A stretch of 63,984 nucleotides of DNA, filler included, from Craspedostauros australis (GCA_030167865.1; 12 parts of 12 records of this genome joined end to end with filler, not necessarily neighbours in it), one strand, 5' to 3'; numbered from the whole stretch's first letter, positions 1 through 13,590 are shown. Numbers and translations: made by a program. Notes: generated from the sequence alone by a model not told the origin.

Positions 1-499
1 TGTTTCTCCATTGTCGTGTTGTTGTGTTGTGTTTGGTGTTCTCAACCAGTTTTTGCTGTTGGGGGCCACGGAGATTAACCACAATTCTACCGAATGCGCC
101 AACCAATGGGAGCACTTTGCGAGTCCCGAATTTCGCCTCCACTCCACAACAACAAAACTGACCTCACAAAATGGACAACGGAAACATTGCGCATCTGGGA
201 CGACCGGCTGTTGATTCTCGGCTGCTTGTAGCCATTGCTTGTACAACAATGTAGAATGACTGTGACTCTCCACATGGGAGAGAGTGGACGACACAATGCA
301 CCTTGTCACCATCCAATGTTGCCCATGCCCCCTGTGATGCGCCGCGCCATGCTGTGCTTCGATGGCTGGTGATGCGATGCGCTGTCTCGCTGTCCTCGTG
401 TGCCTGGTGTGTGTTGCGACGCGCCTTTCAACTCAACTGCAGCCTCCATCAACACAGCACACACCATCCTGCAACCACTGAACTCTTCACCTTGCAAGC

Positions 500-2943
500 A
501 TGCTGCGCGCTGGTGACTGTGTGAAGGTGGCACCCCACCAGAGCGCAAGTGGCANNNNNNNNNNNNNNNNNNNNNNNNNNNNNNNNNNNNNNNNNNNNNN
601 NNNNNNNNNNNNNGCTACAATCAAACGTGATGGGCCTCTTGCACCAGGAGAGGTGGCAATGGTCATGGTGACCCCAGTGATGGGGCAGAGCCGAATGTAC
701 ATCGTTCGTGAGGATCTGTGCGCACCACACAGCCTTGCTACCTTCGCGCGGACTCGCACTGCTGGTGGCCTTGCTAAGCCTTCCCTCCTTTCTCCCCAGT
801 ATCACTCCGTCGCTGCCGTGCGTGTCAACAACAAAGCTAAGCCCCCCACACCATCCCCAACTACCACGGAATCGCAAGAAGCCAAAATCGCAGATTTTCT
901 CGAGGTCTCGCGGTGTCAGAAAGCAACAGCAATCGCCCAGCTCACNAAGCAGATGAAGAAAGGCGCNAAAACAAAAGGATGGTTGCNAAAGGATGGAGGG
1001 CGTAGTGTTGCTAAGCCTGGTAATCCTAGCAAACGCCTTGACAAAGAAGACAATCGGAACTACACTGTTCTCTATTTCAATTTGGGGGGGGATTCCAGCA
1101 CATGCAAAGTTGATCGCCCATGCATGGGGTATCAACCGCACCACAGTAGGGCGCAACATTGTGAAATTCCAAACGGAGACGCTCGAATGCAAGAAGCGAA
1201 GCGACACAGGCAGCAGCATCTTCACCTGCCCCACCAAACAACNNNNNNNNNNNNNNNNNNNNNNNNNNNNNNNNNNNNNNNNNNNNNNNNNNCCACCAAA
1301 CAACAACAGTACTTCACGCAGCGTACAGCCTTTGCGAAACAACTACGTCTTCAACATCCAGACCAACAGTTCAAGAGCGACGAAATCGCTTCTGCCTATG
1401 CCTCTGCTTCACCTCAAGAGCTGGCATCCGCAAAAGCACTGGCTGATTTGTGGTTGGAGCGTGGTCCCTTCCTGCAATTTGAGCTCCAGGATGTGTTGCG
1501 ACAGTGCAATGGCGCAATCTCGTGGGACGGAATTGCATGGAAACTGGCAGGCAGCGGAAACCCGCAAATCGTTGGTCCAAAGTGTATTTGCAACTTTGTC
1601 ATGGGATTGGAAGGCAGCGAGTACCGTTCTACAAGAATACTCCCTATGATCAATGGCACCACTACAGAAAAGCGCAACATCTGGGCCAAGGACTTCTGTG
1701 TGTTCTGGGAATCAGCGAAGCTGTTCGAGAATACGCAAGTTGTCCTTGTCCACATGGACGAAAAGTGGTCCTACTCTATTGTCGCTCGCAGGCATCTCAA
1801 ACATGTGCCCCAGATGGGAGTTAAGCCTGTTGACCATGCTGTGCATCACAAGTGCCACATTGACAAGACCATGGCAATTGCAACAACAGCATTTGCCCCA
1901 ACAGATAACTGCTTTGAGCGAGGAGGAAAGGCGTATCAGGTGAACTTCGAGCGTGTTGGGCGCAATGCTCCAGCGCAAAAGACTACGTACAAGCAAACTT
2001 GGGTCTCGCCAATGGAGTACAAGCACCTTCTTGATCCCATGAAAATCTCTCGTGTGAAGGGTAAACTGTACTTCCAAGCGCTGGAGATCACAGGCAGCAA
2101 GGAATCAGTTGGTGCNNNNNNNNNNNNNNNNNNNNNNNNNNNNNNNNNNNNNNNNNNNNNNNNNNNNNNNNNNNNNNNNNNNNNNNNNNNNNNNNNNNNN
2201 NNNNNNNNNNNNNNNNNNNNNNNNNNNNNNNNNNNNNNNNNNNNNNNNNNNNNNNNNNNNNNNNNNNNNNNNNNNNNNNNNNNNNNNNNNNNNACAGTCG
2301 CGGATGGCACTTACGACTGCAACCACCAAATTCTCCCATCACGAATGTGAAAGACGATGCGATATTCCCAGCGATGTTGAAACACGTGTCAACATATCAA
2401 GGTGAACACCACGGAAGCCGATTGCTTACCACTGAGGCATTGTGGAAGGTCTGTGGAACCTGTTGGAAACAATTTGGGCTGGACAAGGTGGCGCGTGCGT
2501 ATGTTCGCCACCATCAGATCGCCTACGCAATTTGTGCTGCGAAAGGAGGTGACGAATTTGTGACGGAGAACAAGGGACTGCACATGAATGTGCGGAAACA
2601 AACGTCCACTGAATTCGACAAGGAGGGCAACGAGATTGGCGTTGCCGTGTCTCACATGGACTTCGCGTTGGAAAAGGATGACGCATCCAACACGACCACC
2701 AAGAAGCCAGCTGCAACAGGCAACAAAGGCAAATCAGCTGGCTTCAAATACGCCAAGCCCGACATCAAAGGTATGTACGATGATGCGCTCAAGGTGATGG
2801 CTATCAGTGGACTGCAGTGCCTGAAAACGAACCTGCCAACAACTAGCAGCCTCATTCTGTTGCTGGAGAAGCAAATCATTGAGACCATCAAATGTAACAA
2901 GGAGACTGAACAACAGAATAAAGGCAAGAAGAGAAAGAAGTAA
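500..2943 (+). pseudogene. Mariner-like (IS630/Tc1/mariner) DDD transposase, copy A; gapped and frameshifted
   Basis: HTH-like segment IAHAWGINRTTVGR, then RILPMINGTTTEKRNIWA, VHMDEKW (first catalytic D) and QPPNSPITNVKDDAIFP (third D, at ~2320-2370). These resemble the plant mariner motifs HIDEKWF and QPPNSPDxNVLD. Collinear with copy B at 24585-27666. The second D lies in an N gap. Confidence 0.8.
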
Positions 2944-3983
2944 CCCAGCAAGAGCAAAGCCGAGGTCATTGAGCCTTGCAACAACAACAACAGCAACACC
3001 AAGGCAGCACCCACCATGAACGCATTCGAAGTGGCCATGTTCGCTGGCAAGGACGAGCATCACAGCAAAGCAGAGCAGGATACCAACACAGCAGAGATGT
3101 AACTGCAAATCATAGTAGTAGTGATTATATGTGTGAGGTACACCTGTGATTTGAATGGTTGTGTGCGCATCGTCTGCTTGATGGCATGGAGGATTGTGAT
3201 GTGTGGCATGGTGTGTGATGTTTGTTTTGTGTTTTGTGATGAGTGATGTGATTTTGTGACGAGGGACCGTTATTTTTGTGTTGTGAATGGTGTGCGTTGT
3301 GGAGCCATCATGTTGTGTTGTGCCGCTCTGGTCGGAAAAATTCCAGCCGAACCACACACAAAATACGCTACAAGGCCCCAATTGCGTCGATCGGAGTGCC
3401 AGCACAATCGATGTGTGTTGCACAAACCAATCGAATGGCAAAGGCTCCTCTTTGTTGGTACCGCACTTGTACATCTGTACCACATCGTACCATGCTAGTA
3501 CTCCACTTCCTTTTCATCACACATGTGCAACCCTCGCGATCTTTGCTGCCGTCAAGTCCACGCGTCTGTACTTGTCACTGGAGCACCAACGATGCATCCT
3601 CTGATCATTCATCTCTGCTCGTGCCCTGCCGACGGCACTGCCACTAGCACAATCGTCATGTATTGTTGGAGCAGCGTAGAATAGAGCAGAGCGCAACAAA
3701 TACACTCCATACAATGCTCGTATGCTATACTATGCTATGTTGTGATGTGCTAGTGCAGCNNNNNNNNNNNNNNNNNNNNNNNNNNNNNNNNNNNNNNNNN
3801 NNNNNNNNNNNNNNNNNNNNNNNNNNNNNNNNNNNNNNNNNNNNNNNNNNNNNNNNNNNNNNNNNNNNNNNNNNNNNNNNNNNNNNNNNNNNNNNNNNNN
3901 NNNNNNNNNNNNNNNNNNNNNNNNNNNNNNNNNNNNNNNNNNNNNNNNNNNNNNNNNNNNNNNNNNNNNNNNNNNNNNNNNNN

Positions 3984-5655
3984 CAGAAGGGTCCATCTCT
4001 TCGCTGCCATCGTGTGTTGACGAAGACTCCATTACCTGACTGGGATCATCTTGTGCTGAACATGATCGAGTCTTTGCGCTGGTCTCGTCTTGCGGAGTGG
4101 GCACCGCAGATGCAGATGCTGTCTCCGAAATGATGGTTGTTTGTGAAGACTTCTTGGTGCTGGCATCGGCTTCTTTCGTTTGTGCGTTGTCTCTTGCACG
4201 TCCCATGGTGCTGAGAACCCCAATGGTGGCCAACGATGCAACAGCTGGGGCCAACAGCTGGGGCCAACAGCTGTGATGAGGCGATGCCCACCTTCTGCTG
4301 ACCTTTGCTCTCCTCAGACACCACTGCACCTTGTTTTGCCTGTGAGCTTGTGGCTGCGGCCGTCGCAGATTGGGCCGGGTTGTCCACGATTTCATAGGGA
4401 TCCATCTCATGGCACACAATGACATCGCCGCTCTCACCGTCGTACACTTCGAAGCTCGTGCTGTCGTAGTTCACAAGGTCGATGACTGGTGCTGCACCAG
4501 CTGGGTTGGTGGTAGACTTGTCGGTGCCAATGCTGTGTGCTGAATCGCGTGATGCAAGGGCGTCGTCTCCGCCACCAGTCCATGGATCCTCGTACGAATG
4601 CTTCTCCTCCATGGAGTCGCTGATAACGATGACGCCATCGGAATGACTCTGCGATGGTCGATTCTGCTGGTGATCATCGTTACCCTCGTTGTCACCAGAG
4701 CAGTGGTCGTCTTCGTCGTCGAGCACAATGATCTCTTCGACATTTTGTGAGCGGGAGGCGCTCTCTGCTGGGGGTTGTTGCTCGATGGAATAATTCCCAG
4801 GTGACGCACCACCATGGCTTCCGTGGTCGGTGGCATCAATTGGATCATGTTCAGCCGGAGCACCACCAACATCAGCATTGTCGCAATCCTTTTCTGCATT
4901 CATCAACAACTTGGTCATGGTCGCTGTGCCAACCCCAAGGACAACTGCTGCACCTGCAGCTACTCCAGTCGGGGCGTTCTTGGTGACATCGTCCGATAAC
5001 GACTTCTCTGAGCTGACCAACTTGTGGGATGAGTTACGCTCGATGTGACCAGTCGAAACAGTTGCTGATGCTTCTTGAGCGGCATCGGCAACATCGTTTG
5101 TTGAGGCCACAGACGCGTTGTCGGTGCAGCTGCTATCGACAGGATTCGAGTTGGCGCTTGCGCTCGTCACCATGCTGACTGCAGGGCTGCCGTCAGCTGC
5201 AACTTTGGCTGTGGTAGTGGTAGTGGTTTTGGCTGCAGATGCCACAGATGCCGCCATAGCGACTGCTGCGGCCACGCCAATAGCTGCGGTGATTTTCAAT
5301 GCGTTGGCGTCGTCGTCCTTGTTGCTGTTGTCATCTTTCCCGAAGCCGCGATCGCTCTGTGTTGTGGATGGGCTCGATTGGTCTTGGTGCCCGACCAGCG
5401 CCCCAACCTTTTCCGAGTCAGAGTCCAACAGGCTGATCAAGACGGATTCATTGAACGACGAAGGGCGTTCGTTGTCCGCAGAGCTGTAAGACAACTTCCT
5501 GGTGGAAGCTGCACCAGATCTCACCGACCGTTCATTCTCGGAGAGGTGAATTCGGAGGCTGTGGATTGACCGCTGTTTGTTCCTCGCACAGATATGAGAA
5601 CTTCCATGCCCTGGACGACTGGGATGTCATTGGATGAACGTGCGGTTTCCACGAG
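3984..5655 (-). pseudogene. Low-complexity Ser/Ala/Asp-rich protein fragment, frameshifted, function unknown
   Basis: Long 492-aa ORF. A 13-nt tandem duplication (caacagctggggc, ~4239-4273) switches the frame into ORF 3730..4437, and another frame change occurs near 5525. Truncated by gaps. Confidence 0.45.
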
Positions 5656-5699
5656 NNNNNNNNNNNNNNNNNNNNNNNNNNNNNNNNNNNNNNNNNNNN

Positions 5700-5711
5700 T
5701 TAATTAATTAA
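5700..5711. other. Artificial scaffold spacer TTAATTAATTAA flanked by Ns
   Basis: The same six-frame-stop spacer recurs at 8092, 10405, 17919, 28995, 31694, 43321, 45591, 47414, 53249 and 62677. Confidence 0.97.
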
Positions 5712-7507
5712 NNNNNNNNNNNNNNNNNNNNNNNNNNNNNNNNNNNNNNNNNNNNGCTTTCTGGGCTTGATCTTCGTTGTGCAGTCTTGCTTCAACAGCG
5801 GAAACAGTGAGCGCAACCACGAACGCAGGTAGAGGGCAAAGCCTCGCGCGTACTCTGTGGTACAGGAAGCACATCTGTCCTGACCAGAATAGCCTCCGAG
5901 TGCGAGCAGACACATCCCGCTCGCCGAATGTGACACGACACGTTCCGTTTGCAAACTGAGGCAAGGGCGATAGAAAGAGAAGGTGGATGGAGTTGCGTGA
6001 ACTTCGAAGCGGTATTCGCCAGTACGATGATTGATGCACGGGGCTGCTTGGCTGTCCAAATGTCCGAAAGCAATTTCTTCATCTTGATGAGAACGAGTGC
6101 TTTGTCCTACAGCAACAGGAGATGGCGGAACAACTATGCCTTCTATGACGTCACAATGCATGAGGAGTCGTCATGTGAGTCCACACCACGATCCATGCGA
6201 TTAATTGTTTGATTGCGCAGATAACACGCAAGGTTAGTAGCGTCACATGACTCGAAATGACACAGTGAGCGTCCACCAGCGCGAACGATGATGCAGATCG
6301 CATCGGCCTTCACGTCGCTTTTGTAGTCACTGATGTGGGAGCAGGTCATTCCCGCACGTCGCCCGATCAGTTGTCACCTCGAGTCTGACTCACACGAATG
6401 GGGAGAAGTTCTCTTTTCGCACAGCCTGGTTGGGGAAACGTCAGCACATCATCTGGACCGAACAAGCACAGGAAGCTGCCGGCATTCGTCGTCCACAGAA
6501 GAGTTGGGCCACGGCTATACGCCATGCGAGACAAGTCGAACTTGTGATCATTATTTATCAGCCATGAATGCGTCAACTTCTTGTTTGTGGTGCACGATGC
6601 GAGCGACATGTCAGAAACGAGGGGCTCTCTTCCCTCACGCGGAACAGTTCACCTCAACATAGCCCCTCCTCCAGGATCACTTGTTTTGTGTTGGGTGTTC
6701 GAAGAGATGCGCAGCGTGCGATGGTTGTGTTCGAAGTACTGCTTCGCGAGAGACACCCAGTCATTGCTTTCGCTCCTGCCAGTTTTCCTATCTTCGAGGC
6801 ACATGGCTTTGAGACACCAAGCTAGACATGCGATAGCACGTGTATGCAACCACACAGATTGCGAGATAGATTGGCAACATCTTCATTTGCGCTCATTGAC
6901 ATCGTTGCTAGACGTGAAGAGTTGAGGTAATACTTCTGAAAACTGTACATGCATGTTCATGTCTGACTATTCAAACAACGGTAGCCTATCCTGAACGTGG
7001 ATTGGCCTGACTGATGATGCACGTTTGATGGTGCTCGAATTGAGGGGTACCCGGTAGCAGACATCTTCGTGGTTGTTCTTCCGCTGGCGAGGTTGACCAC
7101 TGCATGATCGTGACGATCGACCGCGGTGTGGACTGATACGACAATCTATTCTAGGTTATCCGCATCCCCCAGGCTGTGTTTGTCCGTTGAGTCATTGAGA
7201 GCCACGCTCAGTACCTGGGAATGGTAGCACGTTCTTCGTCTCGGATGTCCAGCGAACACGAGCGCTTTCGGCACATGTGAGTATCATGATACTATGCCCC
7301 AACACACATGGGGAGCGGTGAAACTACAGTAACCGATGTGTCGGACGCACCCGCACGTCGAAGAGGGAGGGGCAATACATGGGGGAGAACACGCTCCAAT
7401 GTCCAAGCCCCGTCGGATCGGTGTTCTTCCGAAGTTTCGCACTCGCGAACGCGCAACTGTGCTCGCGCAAGCGACACTGAGTATGTGAAGTGAAATGCGT
7501 TGGAAGC

Positions 7508-7650
7508 GACATGGTCACGACACAGGATAGACGTGGGATCCCTATGAACACGCCTTGGACACGACACAGACCTGCGACAAGCACGACATGGACATGCGAC
7601 AGACACGACAGAGGACCGGATCGACGAGCAAGGGGACGCGCAAGTGACAA
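7508..7650 (+). repeat. Degenerate 11-bp-period minisatellite (GACnnnnnCAC) followed by GACGAGCAAGGG-type units
   Basis: gacatggtcac gacacaggata gacgtgggatc ... gccttggacac ... gacatggacat. The same family occurs at 7960-8047 and 47470-47600. Confidence 0.65.
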
Positions 7651-7959
7651 CCAAATTTCTCGCAATTACCGTGGTTTTGTCGGTGTGACATGTCGCGAAA
7701 GTAGACCATACTACGATGTCTAATCTAGTTGNATGTTAAAGGGTGGCAGAGTGCACTTTTCAAAAATAGACTGCATGAATGTAAGCGTACTGTCTATACC
7801 ATGGTAGCACACGTATTTGATCTTGATTGTAACATCATTCTGAAACACAGTTGACAACAGAGATTTGCATCGCAGCGTCTCCAGACTGATCACCTACGAT
7901 ACTGTGACATCTCTCTATAAGTAAAGTGCGGTAAGGGACATGTCGATTTTTCAGGAATC

Positions 7960-8047
7960 GACAAGCAAGGGGACGTGCAAGTGACAAGCAAGGGGACGAG
8001 CAAGTGACGAGCAAGGGGACGTGCAAGGGACGCGACATGAGCACGAC
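7960..8047 (+). repeat. 11-12 bp tandem repeat (gacgagcaaggg / gacgtgcaagt)
   Basis: About 6 tandem units running into the scaffold end. Confidence 0.75.
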
Positions 8048-8147
8048 NNNNNNNNNNNNNNNNNNNNNNNNNNNNNNNNNNNNNNNNNNNNTTAATTAAT
8101 TAANNNNNNNNNNNNNNNNNNNNNNNNNNNNNNNNNNNNNNNNNNNN

Positions 8148-10349
8148 GAAGCTGGACACTGGAAGAACAGAGATTTATGGCAACGGATCAAAACGCAAAA
8201 AAATGGACATATCTCTGCTCTCTGAGCTTGGGCTGAACTGGGCAAAAGTTCTGTGCCAGTACTCCTGGCAAATGTGGACAAAAGGCCATTTCAGCTCTAG
8301 CCGCCATGCAAAGGCGCACAGCACACATGAAACCGTCAGGCCAATACGTCAGTGTGTGTGAGGGGGACTACACCGACATCATGCATGGCTAGCCCTGCAC
8401 ACCACCATCTCCAGGACGTTGGAGTACCCTCTGGCAAGCTCCACGTTCACCAAGGAAGAGGCAGAGCACATCATGAGGCCAATGCTTCAAGTGGCACTGC
8501 CTGCAGCTGAGATACAATGCAACGTGTTGAGGAAACTGGTTTTTGGGCTGCAATAGTGTCTTGGAGTGGGGTCAAGCATCTCTACCTGGCACAAGTCACA
8601 AAGCATGTGGGAGAAATAGTCAAACACTGGGGAAGTCTCTCAGTCACTGGGAAGCTCATGAGGAATGCAATGAGTTTGGTGAAGCTTCAAGCAGAGACGA
8701 TGCAGGTCATGCAGCAGGATCCAGCAAAGTGGGCCAACATGGTGCAGCAACAATGCAGCAGTGAATCTCTGCAGGATGTCAAAGTAGATGCCGTGGTTAT
8801 CAGACACCATATCAGCCCAAGGAGATTGACTACATGAGGAAACAACCAGTCCTGGCCTCATCCCCTTGTGAAACAGCATGATCAAGTGGCTGGAAGTCGG
8901 GCAACTGACCCAACAGGATTGGGTTCAATGGAAGCAAGCAATCATCATGCAATACCCGGCGAGCAGGGCGCGAGAGAGGCGACTGCGGTTGCCATTGGGA
9001 CCATGGCAAAGGTTTACATTGCTCCGACCAGACTACCAGTGGGAACCAGAAACCAAAAGACTCACCTGCTATGGTCAAGAGGGTGTCCACTACAGGCGAA
9101 CTTTGCGGCGAAGATGGTAGACGGAGTATCACGAGGTGCAGGAGCTATCGACAGCAGGTTCTCGCCTTGTGGACGGCTACAAGTATCATGGAAACAAGTG
9201 GTGACACGGACAGGAAAGGAAGGTCCAAGGCTGGCGGCTGCGATGGCGGCTTCGGCAGCCCCAGGGATACAAGTCCTGCCAGAGTCAGCGGCATGGGCGA
9301 CTGAGATCCTCACATTCATGGGAGCAGAGTCAACTCTAGCTCATGTGGCAAGGGCTGGCAAGCTCAGAGCGTGCAGTGATAGTCGGTTGCGCTGGGAAAC
9401 GGAGCGGCCGGGGCAGGCATGGTCGGAGAGCATGAAGGGTTGACAGCGAGAGCCTGGATGGCGTGTCAAGCGCCGCGCGGCAGCAATGTCATGCAGTCAC
9501 ATCGAGCAGAACTTGCAGGTTTGTACAGCATAGTGACAACCGTTGCAGCGCTGCGCGCAGCTCACAATGTACTTGAAGGGAAGATTACCATCGGATGCGA
9601 CAACATTGGGGCTCTCAGAGCCCTAGATCCGGAGTGGCAGCTATCACCATGGTAGTCTGATGCCAATCTTCAACGAGCAGTGCGGAAGAAGGCCAATCAA
9701 CTGCCATTGCAAGTCGTGGGCGTCTATGTCAAAGAGCATCAGGATGATGGCGAGGCATGGGAAGATCTGGATGAGTTGGAACGGCTCAATGTGGAAGCCG
9801 ATGAACTGGTGGGAGTGTGCCAGCGCACCACTCAAGGTCGAGTGCCGCACGACGGGATCATAGCTGGAAAAAGGGTGTCCCTCAGGTGGGGCACCAAGAT
9901 AATCTCTGTGCGATGTTCTCATATCGCGGAGGAAAGTCTGGCCTGCGACAATCTTGACGTACTCTGGCAGAGGAAAGTGATACGCGATGCAAAGCAAATC
10001 GAGTGGACGGCGGAGGTCTGGGACGAACGAAGGCCATGATGACTTTACATTGGTGGCAGGCGAGGTTGCATTTGGGAGGCGCATGCGCCAGTGGGGTCAC
10101 TGTCTGTCCCATGTGTGCCCTGGCTGCGGCCACGAAGAAACCGTGGAACACTTTTGGACCTGCAAGGCCGACAGTCGGCGCCAAATCGCGCAACAAGGAG
10201 TGCAATGCCTGCGGAAATGGATGCTGAAGTACCCCACCAACCCACAGCTGGCGAGGGCAGTAACATCTCTGCTACACAGTCATGCTGACAGCAGTGCATA
10301 CCTCCTGGCCCTGGACGAAGCACCAGACATAAAGGACACCACACAATGA
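8148..10349 (+). mobile_element. Degenerate non-LTR retrotransposon 3' part: post-RT region, RNase H and Cys/His zinc finger
   Basis: LEYPLASSTFTKEEAEHIMRP. RNase H-like motifs ACSDS / SHRAELAGL / IGCDNIGAL / YVKEHQD / LNVEADEL. Zinc finger CPGCGHEETVEHFWTC. Several stops and frameshifts. Confidence 0.75.
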
Positions 10350-10460
10350 CAGCTAGCAGTNNNNNNNNNNNNNNNNNNNNNNNNNNNNNNNNNNNNNNNN
10401 NNNNTTAATTAATTAANNNNNNNNNNNNNNNNNNNNNNNNNNNNNNNNNNNNNNNNNNNN

Positions 10461-10932
10461 TGGGAACGCCATTCTCATCGAGGGGTGGCAGTTGGGTTGG
10501 ATCGATGGCTGCAGTCCGGAATGTTGGGGTGGATATCATCGCACGCCACGCGTTGGCCATGGTTGTTTCATTGTTGCAAATGGTGATGAGTGAGAAAGGA
10601 GTTTGCGGTGCGATGAGAGATCAAACAAATGAGACAAGACGACAACCGCAAACTTCATTGTGTAGCAAAGACAGCGCTTTGCTTGCCACAACCCTGCCTG
10701 ACTCACCGTACTGATCCTGGGCGGCCTGCGTGACACCGAATTGCACCGACAGCATGCGTGCCTGCTCGTTGAGGCGGTCGGCCTTTTGCTGCGACAGATC
10801 GGCCTCCTGCCTCAGATGCCGCACGAGGGCCTTCGTGGCAGAAAAGTTGGGATCATCAGGATCTGACAGCAGCTCCACGAGCAATGCGCTGCTGTCGGCC
10901 ATTGTGGAATCGTGCGAATTGTCGTTGCGCAT
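10461..10932 (-). CDS. 5' part of an intron-containing hypothetical gene (exon 1 10932-10707, intron 10706-10509, exon 2 from 10508)
   Basis: A GTGAGT donor and CTGCAG acceptor join in frame to give ...QDQY-AIDPTQLPPLDENGVP. Exon 1 is coiled-coil-like. Truncated by the scaffold end. Confidence 0.6.
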
Positions 10933-11409
10933 GTGCCTCTTCTCGTCTCGTCTTGCGTGTGCGTACTTGCGTGTGCGTACTTGCGTAGAGCAACCTATCC
11001 TATCTCAACATGGCTGTTCGTTGTTTCACTTGATGCAGTCGCCGGAGTACGGATATAATGGACAAAGGGCGACTCGTATAGTACGAGTATGATGACAATG
11101 CTTCTGCAGCTCGAGAAGTGTGTTGGATCTGTTGGGCAACAGATTTGTGGTTGTTGTGGATTTGGAAGTCAAGGGAGAATTGATGAATGATGGGGGTTGC
11201 GGTGAAATGATATCGCCAAAACTCCATCAACTTGTCGCGACTATTCTGCGAAGGCAAAGGACAAGGCCAGCACGCCGCTTGGGTTGCGTTGGTTTGTGAC
11301 AGCCGCTCGATCATGGCCTTCTCTGTCGCACTGTCTGCCTCTCCATCAGATCATTTTGACCTTGCGACTCCATCTTGCGCGCTTTCTCTCTATCCAAATC
11401 CATATCTGT

Positions 11410-11799
11410 TGTTGGAAATCCGGGGTTATTGTTAGTACTGTAATCTAATGCGCTGTTAGAAACTGTACCGTTTTAGAACTGTGAGCACAATCTCACTTTC
11501 TCTTCCGATTTCATTCTTCATGGTAGGCATCTGTCGCGGTGGCGACACGGGGCGTCCTGTTGTTCTTAGGTGCTTCTCTCCCCATTCATCATGCTCTGTT
11601 CTTGCTTCCTTGTCCTGGCATCGTTGTTGCTTGCCTCTGCATCGTTGTAGCTGTCTACGCTCGCATGGTAGGGATCTGCAGTCCTGAGCACTTGCCTATC
11701 ACATGTTTCCGTTGTTGATCTCATGACGGCATCGTCCCACGATCGATGTCAACCTTTGGTGATGTTCCAAACCTGCAGATGTGCTGATCCTTTCTGATG
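11410..11799 (+). repeat. Left long inverted repeat
   Basis: Reverse-complement match to 13018-13427. Confidence 0.85.
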
Positions 11800-13017
11800 T
11801 TCCAAACCTGCAGATGTTCTTTTCCACAGGAGGGGCGCGTGCTGTCCTCTGAAAGGGGTGCGTCACTTGCCCATCGGCCGGCTGTTCTGATCGACGTCGT
11901 CGTCTGCGTGGTTGCCAGGGTTGGTTTGGTATTGGGACCTCCTGATCCGCCATGGGTGTCGTCCTTACGTTACCAGAGGACAAACTACCCTCCTCGCGGT
12001 AGTACAGGTGTCAAGCACGTCCGTATCCTTAGTCATAGTCATAATGACATGGTATACAAAGGTGTGACAAATAGTCTCCGAACATGTGACGAATAATATT
12101 CAAAGCTTTGACGAATAATGTAGGGAGGTGCGGCAATCAAGGGTATTCTGACAAAGTCGTACCCTCAATTCCTAACAATCTGTGCACTATTGTATCACTT
12201 GCAGTTCATCACGTCATGCCTACCTCTCATGTTTGCCACAATTGCAGCGAGCCATCTCCATGGGAATTGTGTTGTTCTTTTGCATCATTCAGTCTTTTAT
12301 CGTTCCTGTACGATGCTGTGGGCGATACCTTACCGCGCCTGCTTCATCCTCCAAGTGAGCATTGTCCCATACAGTCGTGGTATGGCTCCGCCGCGGTTGA
12401 ACATGCTTGCCTTCCACAGCTTTGTTCCTCTCCAAGGAGCAATATTCTCCATATTGAGCCCGCAGAATAGACAATAGAGCCCAAATGTTATGGCTTATCA
12501 CTTGGTAGCTGTTGTTGGCTGTAGAGGCTTGATTGGCAAGCAGGTCCAAATGAGAGTCTTCTGTTCTGCAAGTAGTCAATTGAGAGTACTGGTAGATGGT
12601 GAAGAAACGTGCGGATTAGGAGAGTTATTTCTATGGACCTTGTCTTTGGGGTGGATCTCCGGTGATGCTCCCAAAGACTTGACGTACAGGTCGCATGGCT
12701 TGAGTACCATGGGAGGGATCCATTCGTCAAGTTTGTTGCGAGGCGATGGGTAATGGTGCGCGCCCCGTGGGGTGCCATCCTCATAGTTTTTAGTCTTGTT
12801 CATGCGTTGGCATTTTGGCGAGGCGGAAGGATCGGTGGCTGGGTCATCGGAATCCTTCAACTTGCTTGACACGGGTTGCCAAAGATTTTCTTCAATGATC
12901 TAGATCGGTAACCAAATGTGGATGAAGAACATTCGGGGTTTGGTCTGACTGATGGACCATAGGTTGGGGAACTCATGGATACGATCACTGGAGTGACTAC
13001 TAGTGTAGCTCTATTAG

Positions 13018-13427
13018 CATCAGAAAGGATCAGAACAACTGCAGGTTTGGAACATCATCTAGGGTGACACCAATCATAAGATGAGGTGTCACAGAATCAA
13101 GGATCGAAATATGTGACAGACAAGCATACAGGACTGCAGATTCCTACCATGCAAACGTAGACGCCTACGAGTATGCAGATACAAACGATGAGATGTCGAG
13201 ACGAGGACGCAAGGGAAAGCATATGAAGATGCACAAGCAAGGCATGACGAATGCAGAGGGAAGCACCCGGGGAACACAACAATGCCCTGTGATGCTACCG
13301 CAGCAAATGCCTACAATGAGAAATGATATTGGAAGAGAATGTGAGATTGAGCTCTCAGTTCTAAAACGGTACAGTTTCTAACAGCAGATTAGATAACAGT
13401 ACTAACTATAACCCCGGATTTCCAACA
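13018..13427 (-). repeat. Right long inverted repeat
   Basis: Reverse-complement match to 11410-11799. Confidence 0.85.
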
Positions 13428-13590
13428 CTAGTTGAGCCCTATTATGATGTGCCACAGAAGGTCATGGTGAGATGATAGCATTTATGAATATATGATAAAT
13501 TTATATTATAGTATATTAGTTTGACGATATTGCCGTCGTTATTGGCGTTCCTTCCATAACCTCTATGTTCGTGAGCCGCCATCGTTGTCT

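Larger units (their letters stand above)
11410..13427. mobile_element. ~2-kb non-autonomous element with long terminal inverted repeats (foldback/Ginger/Mutator-like)
   Basis: 11410-11799 is the inverse of 13018-13427. The outer 20 bp are identical (TGTTGGAAATCCGGGGTTAT). No recognisable transposase inside and no clear TSD. Confidence 0.7.

Noticed and set aside
5756..7300. Possible decayed gene on the plus strand
   Set aside because: Only short stop-riddled frames, with no recognisable motif.
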